Of a DNA stretch of 64,000 bases, positions 1 through 13,510 are shown piece after piece. Source of the DNA: Eledone cirrhosa (lineage: Eukaryota); assembly GCA_964016885.1 (NCBI GenBank), contig OZ024759.1, forward strand, positions 22,072,001 through 22,136,000. Reading direction: 5' to 3'. Each line of letters starts with the position of its first letter. Within the stretch, counting starts at the first letter, position 1. A program made the translations under genes and the position numbers. The notes below the pieces were generated by a model. It worked only from the letters and a program-made list of their open reading frames with translations, did not search any database and had not been told where the DNA came from.

Positions 1-887
1 ATTTACCGGATGAAAGTAAAGATTTTAATTCCGAAAGGGATGTAATCATAGTGCTATTTTGTATTTTTTTCAAAGATGTCTTGTTAATGTGGTTTGTTAA
101 TTCCAAAGTATATAGTGCCTTTATTAGTAGATAGATTATTGAAAAAATTAACTGCATTAGAGTAAAGACTATAATATTTAATGTGGTTTCATGTGGTTTG
201 TTAATTCAAATGTTTATCGTGGACAGATTGTTGTAAAAATTTGCAGTATAAGATAGAGAAAGGCTTTAATATTTAATGTGATGCAGTCATAATGCAATTT
301 AGTACTGATCAGGAATGTCTTGCTCATGTGGTTTCACGTGGTTTCTTAATTCAAAATGATCAGTTTTTGTATCTTAGAACCAGGGCGTTTTTAATCGGGT
401 TGATAACAAAAGGGCTAATGAATGTAATGATAATGATGTAAGTCTTGAGTGTTTTGGTTACATATATAAACATGTGGCTTACTGGTTAAGGTGTTGTACT
501 CTCAGTCATGAAGTTGTGGGTTTGATTCCTGGAACAGGTGGCATGTTTTGTTCTTAAGTAAAATATTTCTTGTCAAGTTACTCCTTCTGTCAGGAATTGT
601 GACCAGCAGATGGTATCAGCAATGAGAAGACAAATGGAAATATTTTTTCCTTGGACTTATCTGACAATCAGCTCCTTTCTCCTCCCAGGAGTTGTAACCA
701 GCAGATAGTATCAGCAACGAAAAGACCAATGGAAATATTTTTTCCTTGGTCTGATCTGATAATAAGCTCCTTTCCTTTCCTGTATATTTGTCTTATTATT
801 TCAAATAACTTGTGTTGGTGTGGAGATGTGATGAGACGAAAACATTAGAGTGAAATAGTCCAAGGTGGACAAGGCCCAATCACTTAC

Positions 888-944
888 TGTTGTCTCTATG
901 AAGAAGTTATTAGATGTTATACACGACTGTGATGGGTTGTAAAT
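888..944 (-). other. Candidate 57-nt internal exon of a gene running off the left edge
   Basis: The minus strand reads cttagttttacag|ATTTACAAC...GAGACAACA|gtaagt. Frame 0 is open (IYNPSQSCITSNNFFIETT). I recognise no homology and found no partner exon. Confidence 0.3.
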
Positions 945-969
945 CTGTAAAACTAAGGCTGACTCTTAA

Positions 970-1868
970 ATGTGAATATATATGTGTATGTGAGTGTACA
1001 TATATGTATATATATATATGTGTGTATATATATAATGTATATATATATATACATACACATGCATATATGTACACACACACACGCATATACACACACACAC
1101 ATATATATATATACATATGTACATAGAGATATAAGTGTATGTATGAGTATGTGTTAGTATAGATATAGAATTTGTGAAAGAAGAGAGAAAGGGAAGAGAG
1201 GGGAGTAAAAGGGGGTAAGAGAAAGATAGCTATGTCTATGTATGCTTGTATGTACATTAGAGGTTGTGTGTGTATATATCTGTGTGAAATTGTATATATT
1301 TTCATAAACGTTTGTATGTGTATATATTTGTATGAATGTGTGTATGTGTATATATTTGTATGAATGTGTGTATATACGTATATATATTTGGATGAATGTG
1401 TATGTGTGTAAATTTGTGTGTGTGTGTATTTGTGTGAATGTGTATGTGTGTATATATATATATATATATTTGTGAATGTGTGTATGTGTGTGTAGGGTGG
1501 GGTGGAAGGAAGCAGGGTGTAAAGAAAGAAAGAAAGAAAAAAAAAGATTATCATGAACAAACAAAAGTTGGCGTCGCGTGTGACGCGGAGCTACTATTAT
1601 AGTGGCTGTTATCAAACCTTCTTGAGATAACTAGTATTTCTAGTACTGTGTATATGTGGGGCTATCACTGCATGTGTAGATGAATGCGTGTGTGTATATA
1701 TATATATATACACACACACATATGTATATACACACACACATACATGTATATATACATACACACACATATATATATATATATGTATACGCTCACACCCAAA
1801 GATTGTGTGTGTATATACATATATTTGTGAGTATATATATACACACAAATATCTGTATATACACATAC
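970..1868. repeat. Compound (TA)n/(TG)n/(CA)n microsatellite tracts
   Basis: Directly visible; these tracts produce the YI/HT/CV ORFs. Confidence 0.9.
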
Positions 1869-2052
1869 AATCTTTGCCCATTTGGTTCTGGCTCCTTTAT
1901 ATACCTTGATCTTGTACCTCTGATTGTAGCCAGAGATCTGCATACGATGGATGAAGTGTTGTATGTGTCTCTCTAATTCTTTGGGGTTGCACATGCGGGA
2001 CACGTTCCTCATCACTCTTACTAAGTCCGCAATCAGTATGTTGATTTTTAGA
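1868..2052 (-). mobile_element. Penelope-like element (PLE) coding relic, RT thumb/linker region
   Basis: The translation KINILIADLVRVMRNVSRMCNPKELERHIQHFIHRMQISGYNQRYK resembles the PLE post-RT pattern (..R.RN.S....H...F..RM..SGY). Confidence 0.6.
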
Positions 2053-2720
2053 ACATACAGATAAAAATTATATACACACACAGAAAAGATGCAATGCTCA
2101 GATAAATCACAGAGGCGACAAACATAAATGAACTCCAACCAAAATTAAACAGAAAACATGAGTGAAATAGCAACATCACAACTAGTAATTAAGGACAAAA
2201 TGAAGACATACAGACACACACAAAAACCAAACTAACAAAACAAATCAGACACACGCAGATAGAACAAATAACCAACTAGTGACAAGTAAATAAACACATA
2301 AATAAATAAAAATACATACACACACCCGGATGTAACACATGCGCAAACTAAGCACACAACTCACAAAAACAAGATGATATAGGACAGAACAAAGGAGAGG
2401 CACAAAATAAAAACCTAGTCACTGAGGAGGTCACAGAATGCGTGACAAAAGAGTTTTGACAATATATAAACAACCATCCGCTATCAAACCAACCAACCAA
2501 CCGGAAATTTATCATAAATCGAAGTAAAAACCAACAGGTGTGTGTTTTTATTGGCAGCATGACCCTCCCAACGTATAACAATATATATATATATATATGT
2601 AGATATATACATACATATACATCCCAGAAACGATCGTAAAATGATGAATTTTTTTATATAAGGAACTTGTTCTTTGTTTTATTTCATTGTTTTTATTAAT
2701 TTACATATATATATATATAT

Positions 2721-3073
2721 CATCATCATCATTACCGTTTTATGTCCGTTCTTCCATGCTAGCATGGGTTAGACGGGTTGTCCTGTTGTGGGCAGTGTCT
2801 GGTCGGCTGACCTTGGCTTGCTCATATGGGAACTGATTCTTCCTAACACCAACCTCATATACAGTGAGTGCTGGGTGCTTTTTTTTCATGGCACCTACAC
2901 TTCCACTTTACAGTGGAATGATAGTGACCCCAGTCCTATCATCTCATTTTTACAGCTGAGTAAACTGGAGAAATGTGAAATAGTGTCTTGCTCAAGGAAA
3001 CAACACATCACCCAGTCCGAGAATTGAACTCACAACCTTTTGATTGCAAGCTCTAACCACTAAGCCATGCGCC
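2721..3073 (-). mobile_element. tRNA-headed SINE with RTE-type (ATG)n tail, degenerate
   Basis: The minus strand has ggcgcatggcttagtggttagag (A-box) and ccttgagcaagacact, and ends in (gat)n. Same family as 44421-44746. Confidence 0.75.
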
Positions 3074-3131
3074 TTCATATATATATCATATATATTATAT
3101 ATATAATGCATCCATTTTGAATTATATATAT

Positions 3132-3337
3132 ATCATCATCATCATCATTTAATGTCCATCTTCCATGTTAGCATGGGTAGGATGGGCTGTCCCTTAGTGA
3201 GAGATCCAGGTTGAAGGACCGTGTTTCACTCACACAGAACTGATTTAGCTGTGTGTGTATGGATCTCTCACTCAGGGACAGCCCATCCTACCCATGCTAG
3301 CATGGAAGATGGACGTTAAATGATGATGATGATGATA
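3132..3337. repeat. Inverted repeat made of two SINE/RTE 3' tails fused head-to-head
   Basis: catcatcat...ccatcttccatgttagcatgggtaggatgggctgtcccttagtgagagatcca is mirrored by tggatctctcactcagggacagcccatcctacccatgctagcatggaagatgg...gatgatgat. Confidence 0.85.
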
Positions 3338-3841
3338 TATATATAAATCAAAATGTATGCAGTAAAAACCTGTTAGACCATGACTTACCAGAGTACTTGA
3401 TACTTGGGGTAGTAGAGTGTGATAATATGAAAGAGTAGGGACCCTGACGGCTGAGCTCTTGCCATTTCAACAGCTAGTTCCGAACTGAATCGCTAGTTTT
3501 TTGGTGGTACAAAAAGAAGATGGTGTAGGACAGAACAAAGTAGAGACACAAAATAACAAAGCAGTCTCTGAGGAGGTCACAGAATGTGTGATGAAAGAGT
3601 TTTGACAATATATAAACAACCATCAGGTTATTGAACCAACTGGAAATTTGTAATAAATTGAAGTGAAAACCAACAGGTGCATGTGTTTTTATTGGCCACA
3701 TGACCCTCCTAAAGTATAGCAATATCTGTTTCAACACACGTTTTCAGATAAGAAATCTTGCAAAACGAAGTATATATATATATGTATATACATATATATG
3801 CATGGAAGCTAAACGGAAAATGATATACATATATATATATA

Positions 3842-4110
3842 TCTTCTTCGCCCACTTATTCCTGACAGGGTCGTGGAGGCAGAGTCCTCAAACACTCCTT
3901 CCACTGAGTCATGTGAGAAGCAACCATCTCCAACTGATCCAGCTGGATCCCCAAACATGACCAGCCAATGGATGTTATCCAACCATCTTGTTCAGGGTCT
4001 ACCCCTGGGTCTCTTACCGGTTGATTTTTGCCCCTAAAATCTGTCCAGCAATTCTTTCCTGGGACATTCTAACTACATGCCTACAGTATCAGAACTGTGA
4101 TCTCTCAATA
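3842..4110 (-). mobile_element. RTE-clade LINE 3' fragment
   Basis: The degenerate translation has HVVRM and RPRGRP..RW-type motifs and a gaagaag tail. A related copy lies at 8378-8500. Confidence 0.65.
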
Positions 4111-4175
4111 TATATATATATGTATACTGTTGAAATGGCAAGAGCTCAGCCGTCAGAGTTCTAACTCATGCATAT

Positions 4176-6410
4176 ATCATCATCATCATCGTTTAACGTC
4201 TATCTTCCTCGCTAGCCTGGGTTTAGACGGGAATTGCCCACGTGAGGCAAGATTGGTTGTCTTGCTTGTATAGGACTGTCTGGCGGGTTTTCTACGGCTG
4301 GATGCCCTTCCTAACACTAACCATGTTTACAGTGTGGACTGGGAGGTTTTTACCGTGTTATCTACACTGCCACATTACAGCGTCGACTGTGTTTTTTTGT
4401 CGTGACACCTACACAACCTCATTTATTTAGTACTGGATGTTGTGGTACCAACATAACTTTACAGAGAAAGGGGTGGTGTAGATGGGGGTGAGGGTAGGGG
4501 TAGTGGGATGGGGGTGTATATTTGGTTAAGAGGTACCTACTGACTGTAGGTTTCACTTTGTAATAAGGCAAGGCAGGTCTTCTGTATTACTGTGTAGCGC
4601 CAAAGATATCGGTCCAGTGACATTGTCTTGGAGAGATGTGTGTAAGGTCAGAATTTATCAAATCGTCCCAGGTTTTTTTGGGTCTGCACACTCCATAGCT
4701 TCCATCTACTTTGATCGCCCTGCACTTTTTTATACAGCTGTCGTCTTTCATGCGCATCACGTGACCATACCAACGTAGTCTTCTCTCGAGTAAACAGCAT
4801 CTGATCCCTCTTATTCCTAATTTCTCACTTAGTTCATTTATGCTTTGCCGTTCACGTATATTACTATTACACATCCAATGGAGTATGCAAGCTTCGTTCT
4901 TCTCCAGTCTGCGCAGATCCTCTGCACACAATGCCCATGTCTCACTGCCATGTAACATTGCTGTTTGTATGCAGGCATCATACAGTCTGCCTTTCATTTT
5001 TAGAGAGAAACCTTTAGCGGCCAATAGTGGTATAAGCTCTGAACTTTTTCCATCCCGTTCTGACTCTAGCTAGTCTACTTTCAGAGCACCCTCCACCACT
5101 GCTGATTTTGTCACCCAGGTAACGGAAGGTGTCCACTATTTCTATAGAACCATCTGGGCAATGGAAGGAGCTAGTATCCTGTGGGCACTTGCTACTACTT
5201 ATTGCACCTGAGCACCAGCCACATATAAAATCTATGTTCTTAGTTAGCTTACCTGTGATCCCACTAAATCTTTTATGCACCCATACTTTGCATTTGGGAC
5301 ATAAAATGGAGTTTCTGCCTACTCCTTTCATACACACTGAGCATGGCTATTTCCCAGAGGGGACCAGTGCCCTATTTTCCTTCCTACATACTAGAACTTT
5401 AGTCTTAGACAGGTTAATTTTTAAGGCCTTTTGATTCTAGGCCATGCTTCCAAGTTTGGAATTTCTTCTCTAGTTTAGCCATTGATTCAGCTATGAGCGT
5501 TAGATCATCTGCGTATAGAAGTTCCCATGGGCAGCCGGTCTTGAACTCGTCAGTTATAGCCTGAAGGGCAATAATAAATAGGAGGGGGCTAAGGACAGAG
5601 CCCTGATGAACACCAACTTTTACGCTAAATTCTTCACTATATTCGTTGTTAATTCTAACCTTGCTGGCTGTTTCTTTATATATGGCTTGTATAGCTCTCA
5701 CAAGCCATTCATCAACACCTAGTTTTCTAAGAACCCACCAGATAATGGAGCGGGGGATTCTGTCAAAGGCTTTCTCCAAGTCAACAAAAGCTAAGTATAG
5801 GGGTTTACTTTTAGCTAGGTACTTCTGTAGTTTTCGTACAAGGAAAAGAGCGTCTGTGGTACTTTTATCAGACACAAACCCAAACTGCATTTCATCTAGA
5901 TCAATTTGCTCTCTGATTAGTTGCGCTATAACTTTTTCTGTGACCTTCATGGCCTGGTCAATTAATTTCCCCCTATCTAAGGCATCTCCTTTACTCTTGT
6001 AGCAGTTAATGATGCTGCTGCTACGCCAGTCATTTGGTATGACCCCATTCTGTATGACTTGGTTTACTATCCGGGTGACCATAGTGTATCCCACCGATCC
6101 AGATGCTTTCAGCATTTCAGCAACTATCTCCGAAGGCCCAGCTGCTTTGCCTGTCTTCATATTTTTGATTGCCTTACTTATTCAACTTACTTATTCAACT
6201 TGCACTGCTGGTCCCTCTATTGGATCGATTTGGGATAGACTATCTTTTTCCCACTTATTCTCCTCATTTAGTAGCCTCTCGTAGTGACACTTCCAAGCTA
6301 CCTTATCAGTATCAGTGATGGCAAGTATACCATCATCATTACGAACACACTTCTCCCTGACAATATCACGGTTTTCCTTGACACATTGTCTAGCAAGCCT
6401 GAACACCTCA
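4176..6410 (-). mobile_element. 5'-truncated, frameshifted RTE-clade LINE (RT and 3' UTR)
   Basis: ORF pieces show KAAGPSEI, QFGF, AFVDLEKAFD, GVHQGSVLSP, LLYADD, FRYLGD and RLRWYGHVMR. The 3' UTR ends in (ATG)n. Confidence 0.93.
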
Positions 6411-6737
6411 CCATTCCTCTATACTGTACGTTTCTAATTACTCTTCCTTACTGTCAAAAGCATCAAATAATATGCTTTTAAATTTGTTACTGGCTGTGGG
6501 GTCCTTTAACTTCCATATTCTTCTTCTCAGGGTAGTCCTCCTCTGTTGTCGAGTAAACTTAACCTGACTATGAGGCTATGTTGGGAGGTACATTCTTTGC
6601 GGGGGAGGGATTTAATGTTTACAACAGACACTGTCACGTCTTCTGGTAAGGATATAATCTATCTGACTGGCGTGTTCCCCTGATCTATAGGTGATCAAGT
6701 GATTGTCTCATATTTGTATATATAAATATATGTATGT

Positions 6738-7050
6738 ATCATCATCATCATTACATCCACATTCCCCAGCTTACATGGGTTGGTGAGTCCTAGTCTACAC
6801 ACCCTCTCTCCACTTATTGCATTCCTACGTCATCTCCTCTGCCACTCTTAGCAATTTGAAGTCAGATTTCATAACCTCTGCCCAGATTTTTCTGGGTTTT
6901 CCTTTACTGTGGCTTTCTTCCACTGAGATTTCCTGGCATTTCTTCACCCATCAGTCATTGTCTATGCACATCACATGTCCATACCAATGCAGTCTTCTCT
7001 CCTGCACACTATCTCAGATTCCCATTAAACCCAGCTTCTCCTACAGCTCA
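6738..7050 (-). mobile_element. RTE LINE 3' fragment
   Basis: Homologous to the 3' end of 39110-40487 (RRLHWYGHVM..GKPRKIWAEV), with a (gat)n tail. Confidence 0.7.
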
Positions 7051-8004
7051 TCATCCTTCTCATCAAGTGTCTCCTGTAGGGCCGTTCTAAACCTATATTT
7101 AACTGAGAAGTCCTTTGGCTTCTACATCCTCCATCTCCATATTTTCCTACACGACTTGTTGCCTTGATGTCACTAATAACTAACTTGTGCTGGGCAGTGT
7201 ATTCTTCTAATAATTTCTTCCCTCATATCTTAGTGGCTTTATTATCTTGCTTAAGCTAATTAAATTAAAAAACCCTACTTGTCTAATTAATGTTAGAATG
7301 TAAGGTGGATATAAAAATGTCAGCAGTTTGTTGATAAAATGCACCCAGTACACTCTGTAAAGTGGTTAGTGGTTGGCAATGACAATTTCCTTAGTGCTGG
7401 TGTCAATAAAATACACCCAGTACATTGTAAAGTGGTTGGAGTTAGGAAGGGCATTCAACTAGAAACCAAGCCAGAATCTGTTGTGTGAGCAAAACACGGA
7501 CATCTAGCCTGGCTTGCATAACCCATGCCAGCATGTAAAATGGACATTAAATTACGATGATAATATATATACGGAGAAAGAGAAAGAAAGAGTGATATAA
7601 AGTAAGAAGTGATAATTAGAGTGGAATGTAGACAGAGTAAAAGAGTGAGACAAAAGTATATCTGTAGGGGGTGAATTGGCAGTTGTTAGAACGTCAGAAT
7701 ACTTTGTAGTAATTGTTTCAGCCCCCTGTGTGAGTTCAAATCCAGCCGAGGTCAACAAAAAAGTAATAATCAAATACTGGGATTGATTCTTCCTCTATAT
7801 CTTTCTCACTTTTTCTGGAAGAAATCTGCTGTATACAGACCTGAAGAGGAGATAGGCTCCGCTAGGTTTTTAAAAAAAAAAAAATGCCCTAGAAACACCA
7901 ATGTGGCACTCCTACAACTCCCTCAGGAGTTACAGGACCAAAGAAAGATATATATATATATATATATACACACACATACATAGAGAGAAATTAATAAAAC
8001 ACTA

Positions 8005-8163
8005 GTGAAATTTCTTCACATAAATGAAGGAAATGTAAAGTTGGTTATAGGAACAAACTACCTGCATCAGCTGTTAGCTGTCAGGACACTACATCCTTCA
8101 AAACTTCAATGCTTCCCGAAATTTGCCAACACTACACCTGATATTCCCTCTCCATACATACGC

Positions 8164-8165
<2 letters not shown>
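8005..8165 (+). mobile_element. CR1/L2-group LINE extreme 3' fragment
   Basis: Degenerate NFFT...NKLPASAVSCQDTTSFK. The segment gccaacactacacct is also present inverted at about 43370-43530. Confidence 0.5.
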
Positions 8166-8197
<32 letters not shown>

Positions 8198-9151
8198 GTG
8201 TGTGTGTGTGGACCTGATGTATAAAATGGAAAATTTTGATCATAATATAATTACTGGTACATATGGAGATCCCATGTATAACCCTTAATTATTAACACAC
8301 TGTTGTGATTGTGAAGAAAATGTTTAAATATGGACTTATTAATTCAAATGTTTACTACATCTTTCCTCGTGGACAAATCTTCTTCGCCCATTTATTTTTG
8401 AGAGGGTCGTGGGGGCAGAGCCCTCAAACACTCCTTCCAGTGGGTCCAGTCAGAAGCAGCCTTCTCCAATTGAACCAGCTGGGTCACCAAGCAAGACCAG
8501 CTGTGAGTGGACAAATCGTTGTAAAATATTTGCAGTTTTCAAGTGAAGACTAATTTTTAATCTGATGCGGTCATAATGCTGTTTAGTACTTTTCAAGAAT
8601 GCCTTGTAAAAGTGGTTTCATGTGGCGTTTTTTTTTTTATATTCAAACGTTTATAGTATTCATGGGCAGACTGTGGACAGCTTGATTTTCTGAATAGCAT
8701 GTCTAATTTCAAAAATAGCCTTGGATTTTTTAGTAGTGCAGCCCACTTTATGATGAGCTACATCCTATGTGGCTCACTGCTGGCAAAAGATTGTCTATGT
8801 TTGGTTTATATTATCTTTAAGAGTGGAGAGATATTGTGAAAATTTGCAGTAATAGATAGAGTAAAGACTTAAATATTTATGGTGCTGTTTTGCACTTTTC
8901 TAGAATGTCTTGCTAATTTTGGTTCATGTGGTCTTTTAAATTCAAATGTTTATAGCATCTTTACTGGTGGATAGATTGATGTAAAAGGTTTGCAGTATCG
9001 CAGTAAATACTTTAATATTTGATGTGATGTAGTCATAGTGTTGTTTTGTAGTTTTCAAGAATGTCTTCCTTATGTGGCTTCATCTGGAACAGGGCGTTAA
9101 GAGTTAAAATGAAGTAAAAATAACTACAACCATCATTTTATAACAGAATAT

Positions 9152-9157
9152 TTTATT
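9152..9157 (-). promoter_or_regulatory. Candidate poly(A) signal of the sialomucin gene
   Basis: AATAAA on the minus strand, about 370 nt after the stop codon. Confidence 0.35.
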
Positions 9158-9524
9158 TTTCACAGTGGTTAACTAACTTAGTATTTATCTTACAACTGAG
9201 ATTTAAGTAACACATACATACACATCACCAATCTACATACATACAGTCATACATACATTACACATTCACATGCATACACACACACACACATTCATACAGA
9301 CACATACATTCATACAGAAACTCATTCACACACACTAAATTATATTATGAAACAGTGCTCTAGGTTATAAATGAATATTAATTAGGCAATCATTGGTTAA
9401 TCAATGTGAGCCAGAAATTATGTAAAAAAACAAAAGAACTAAAAAACTAATAAACAAAACAAAACAAAAAAGTTAGATAGATAGATAGATAGAGAGGAAG
9501 GTAGATAGAGATTGAGTTCAGTAT

Positions 9525-10054
9525 TTAGATATTTCGATAAGGTACATTGGTACCTCTCTTGGCTTGGTAACAATGGTATATTATAACAACAATGACCACC
9601 AAACCAACACCGACAGCCACACCGGCAAAGAAAATATCAATTCGGAACTTTGATGGAGTTGCTGGAGTTGTTGGCGGAAGAGTTGAAGAGTGATGAGTGG
9701 TCGATTTTGGTACTTCAGTTGTTGAGTTTCTTGTAGTTGTGTTTGATGCAGTGGTGGTTGTGTTTGGTGCTGCAGTGGTGGTTGTTTTTGGTGCTGCAGT
9801 GGTGGTTGTGTTTGGTGCTGCAGTAGAGGTTGTTTTTGGTGCAGTGGTGGTTGTTTTTGGTGCTGCAGTGGTGGTTGTGTTTGGTGCTGCAGTAGAGGTT
9901 GTTTTTGGTGCAGTGGTGGTTGTTTTTGGTGCAGTGGTGGTTGTTTTTGGTGCTGCAGTGGTGGTTATGTTTGGTGCTACAGTAGAGGTTGTTTTTGGTG
10001 CTACAGTAGAGGTTGTTTTTGGTGCTACAGTAGAGGTTGTGTTTGGTGCTGCAC
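9525..10054 (-). CDS. CD164/porimin (TMEM123)-like sialomucin, last coding exon
   Basis: Phase-1 acceptor tttgtttatttatatag|GT. The exon encodes Thr-rich repeats (TTTAAPKT), a TM segment KFRIDIFFAGVAVGVGLVVIVVIIYHCY resembling the MGC-24 family F..GI.L.LG pattern, and a terminal YRNI* YxxPhi motif (compare CD164 YHTL*). Confidence 0.85.
9745..10054 (-). repeat. Coding 24/21-bp tandem repeat (mucin VNTR)
   Basis: Repeated gtggtggttgtttttggtgctgca units, all in frame. Confidence 0.9.
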
Positions 10055-11689
10055 CTATATAAATAAACAAAAAAACAAGACTATTAGTTTATATTAAAAC
10101 CACATTTCTAGAAACAACTAACTTGAATTTAAAATATATATACACATATAAAGAAAGAGAGACTGTTTCACATATTCAAGTTCAGTTTATACACCACAGC
10201 TGTTATGTACATTTCAAAGACATCAAAATATCATTATGCAAGTTATCCAATGTCCTGTCGGCAGACAGGAGTTTAATTATTGAAACAAATATATATATAT
10301 ATATATATATGCCCATGCCTATTTTTGTTCTTTAAAACTTGGTTTGATAAAATTAGTACCAGACTTGAAAATATAAGCACCGGGGTGGGGGTTGGATGGG
10401 GTGATATGATCAATTAAAATCAAAGTAAAGAGCAATGGACATGTAAAAACCACCAGTGTCTTTCATCAGAAATATGGTAGCAAAAGGGTTAAACCCGCAT
10501 CAAACTTAACAATTTCTCCCACAAACTCACATCAAAATCAACAATTTTCTCCTGCAAACTCACATCAAAATCAACTATTTTCTCCCACAAAATCACAACA
10601 TGAACATCCCTAAGTGGTTGCAAACTTCACATGTTAGAAATAGTAGAAAAGTAATAAAGCTTATATTTAAAGGGGGTGAATTGGCAAAGTTGTTAGAACG
10701 TAGAATAGAAAACTTTGCAGTATTCGTTTTGGGTCTGCTCTCCAAGTCCAAACTCCACTAAGGTCATCTTTGCCTTTCATCCATTTGAGGTGATAAAAAA
10801 ACTATCAGTCAAGTACTGGGGTTGATTCTTCTATATCTCTTTCTCACTTCCATTCTCTCAGTCACTATCCTTTTCTAGAATAAATCTGCTGTATTCAGAC
10901 CTGAAGAGGAAATGAGCCCCACTAGGTTTGAAAATACCCTAGATATGCTTTATACCAATAGGGTACCTCTATGACTCCCTCAGGAGTTATGGGATACAGG
11001 AAAGAGAAAAAGAATAAAGCTTATTTACTTTCATCATATCTTTCATGTTTTTATTAATTCATCTTTAAAAGGTGAGCATAATAAAAAAAATTTTGTCCTT
11101 TCAGGATTAGAGATCAAACTATAGAGTACTAACAGAGGTTCGTGGGGTGGACCTGGGTATAGGGGGGATGTTTAGATGTAATACTGAGGATGATGGGGGG
11201 GGACATAGGTTTTTTTTGGGGGGGGGGGGGTATTTAGATGTAGACCAAATGTAACAAACCTGGGAAATTAAATTTAAAGCCCAAACACGCACACAAAGAC
11301 AAACAATTGATCTCAAAATAAAAAAAAGGCGTGTCTTATGCGAAGGGGCATCCAATAGGCTGACAAATACGGTATATTGTTAATAATTTAGCATTCAAAA
11401 AATACATATTGCCATGAAAAACATTGCGGAAGATATTTACGATTCCACAAATATAAGGTTGTTTCTCTGAACGATTGTTAGGTTCTAAGGAAAATTTTGT
11501 GAATAATCTGGACTGCAAATGTTGGGGGTACACTGTATATCCACCTTCATATGTTGATATACGAGAGAGTCCATCATATTTATATATAGTTAAAGAAATG
11601 ATAATACAAACACGGGGATGCAAAAACACAGTCTTATTAGTATCATGCTTAGGAGAAAGTAGAGGAGGGTTTAACGTTTCGGACGTAAA

Positions 11690-13510
11690 TCATCATCTAC
11701 ACAGTGTCTTTATATACAGTCATCATGTACACACTGTCTATATATCCAGTCTACGTCTACACACTGTGTCTATATATTCAGCCATTGTCTACACACCGTG
11801 TCTATATATACCCAGTCAACGTCTACACACCGTGTCTATATATACCCAGTCAACGTCTGCACACTGTATCTATATATACCCAGTCAACGTCTACACACTG
11901 TATCTATATATACCCAGTCAACGTCTACACACCGTGTCTCTATATACCCAGTCAACGTCTACACACTGTATCTATATATTCCCAGTGAACATCTACACAC
12001 TGTATCTATATATCCCCAGTCAACGTCTACACACTGTATCTATATATACCCAGTCAACGTCTACACACCGTGTCTATATATACCCAGTCAACGTCTGCAC
12101 ACTGTATCTATATATACCCCGTCAACGTTTGCACACCGTGTCTATATATACCCCGTCAACGTCTACACACTGTATCTATATATACCCCGTCAACGTTTGC
12201 ACACCATGTCTATATATCCCCAGTCAACGTCTACACACTGTATCTATATATACCCAGTCAACGTCTACACACCGTGTCTATATATACCCAGTCAACGTCT
12301 ACACACTGTATCTATATATACCCAGTCAACGTCTACACACTGTCTTTATATAGTCAAAGACTACACACTGTCTATATATCCAGTCAAAGACTACACACTG
12401 TATCTATATATCCAGTCAACATCTACACACTGTCCTTATATACAGTCAACATCTACATACCGAGTCTTTATATACAGTCAATGTCTACACACTGTGTCTA
12501 TATATACCCAGTCAAGGTCAACACACTGTGTCTATATATACCCAGTCAACGTCTACACACTGTATCTATATATACCCAGTCAACGTCTACACACTGTATC
12601 TATATATACCCAGTCAACGTCTACACACTGTATCTATATATACCCAGTCAACGTCTACACACTGTGCCTATATATATCCAGTCAACGTCTACACACTGTA
12701 TCTATATATACCCAGTCAACGTCTACACACTGTATCTATATATACCCAGTCAACGTCTACACACTGTATCTATATATACCCAGTCAACGTCTACACACTG
12801 TATCTATATATACCCAGTCAACGTCTACACACTGTGCCTATATATATCCAGTCAACGTCTACACACTGTATCTATATATACCCAGTCAACGTCTACACAC
12901 TGTATCTATATATACCCAGTCAACGTCTACACACTGTGCCTATATATATCCAGTCAACGTCTACACACTGTCTTTATATAGTCAAAGACTACACACTGTC
13001 TATATATCCAGTCAATGTCTACACACTGTATCTATATATCCAGTCAATGTCTACACACTGTATCTATATATCCAGTCAACATCTACACACTGTCCTTATA
13101 TACAGTCAACATCTACATACCGAGTCTTTATATACAGTCAATGTCTACACACTGTGTCTATATATACCCAGTCAACATCTACAGACTGTGCCATATATCC
13201 AGTCAAGGTCAACACACTGTGTCTATATATACCCAGTCAACGTCTACACACCGTATCTATATATACCCAGTCAACGTCTGCACACCGTATCTATATATAC
13301 CCAGTCAACGTCTACACACTGTATCTATATATACCCAGTCAACGTCTACACACTGTATCTATATATACCCAGTCAACATCTACACACTGTGCCATATATC
13401 CAGTCAAGGTCAACACACTGTGTCTATATATACCCAGTCAACATCTACACACTGTGCCATATATCCAGTCAAGGTCAACACACTGTGTCTATATATACCC
13501 AGTCAACATA
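11690..13510. repeat. 34-bp minisatellite, about 50+ copies, intronic
   Basis: Unit cccagtcaacgtctacacactgtatctatatata; starts at 11811 and 11845 give the period. Shorter 30-32 bp variants occur. Confidence 0.95.

Noticed and set aside
9697-10062. Val/Ala-rich ORF on the plus strand
   Set aside because: Antisense shadow of the mucin repeat.
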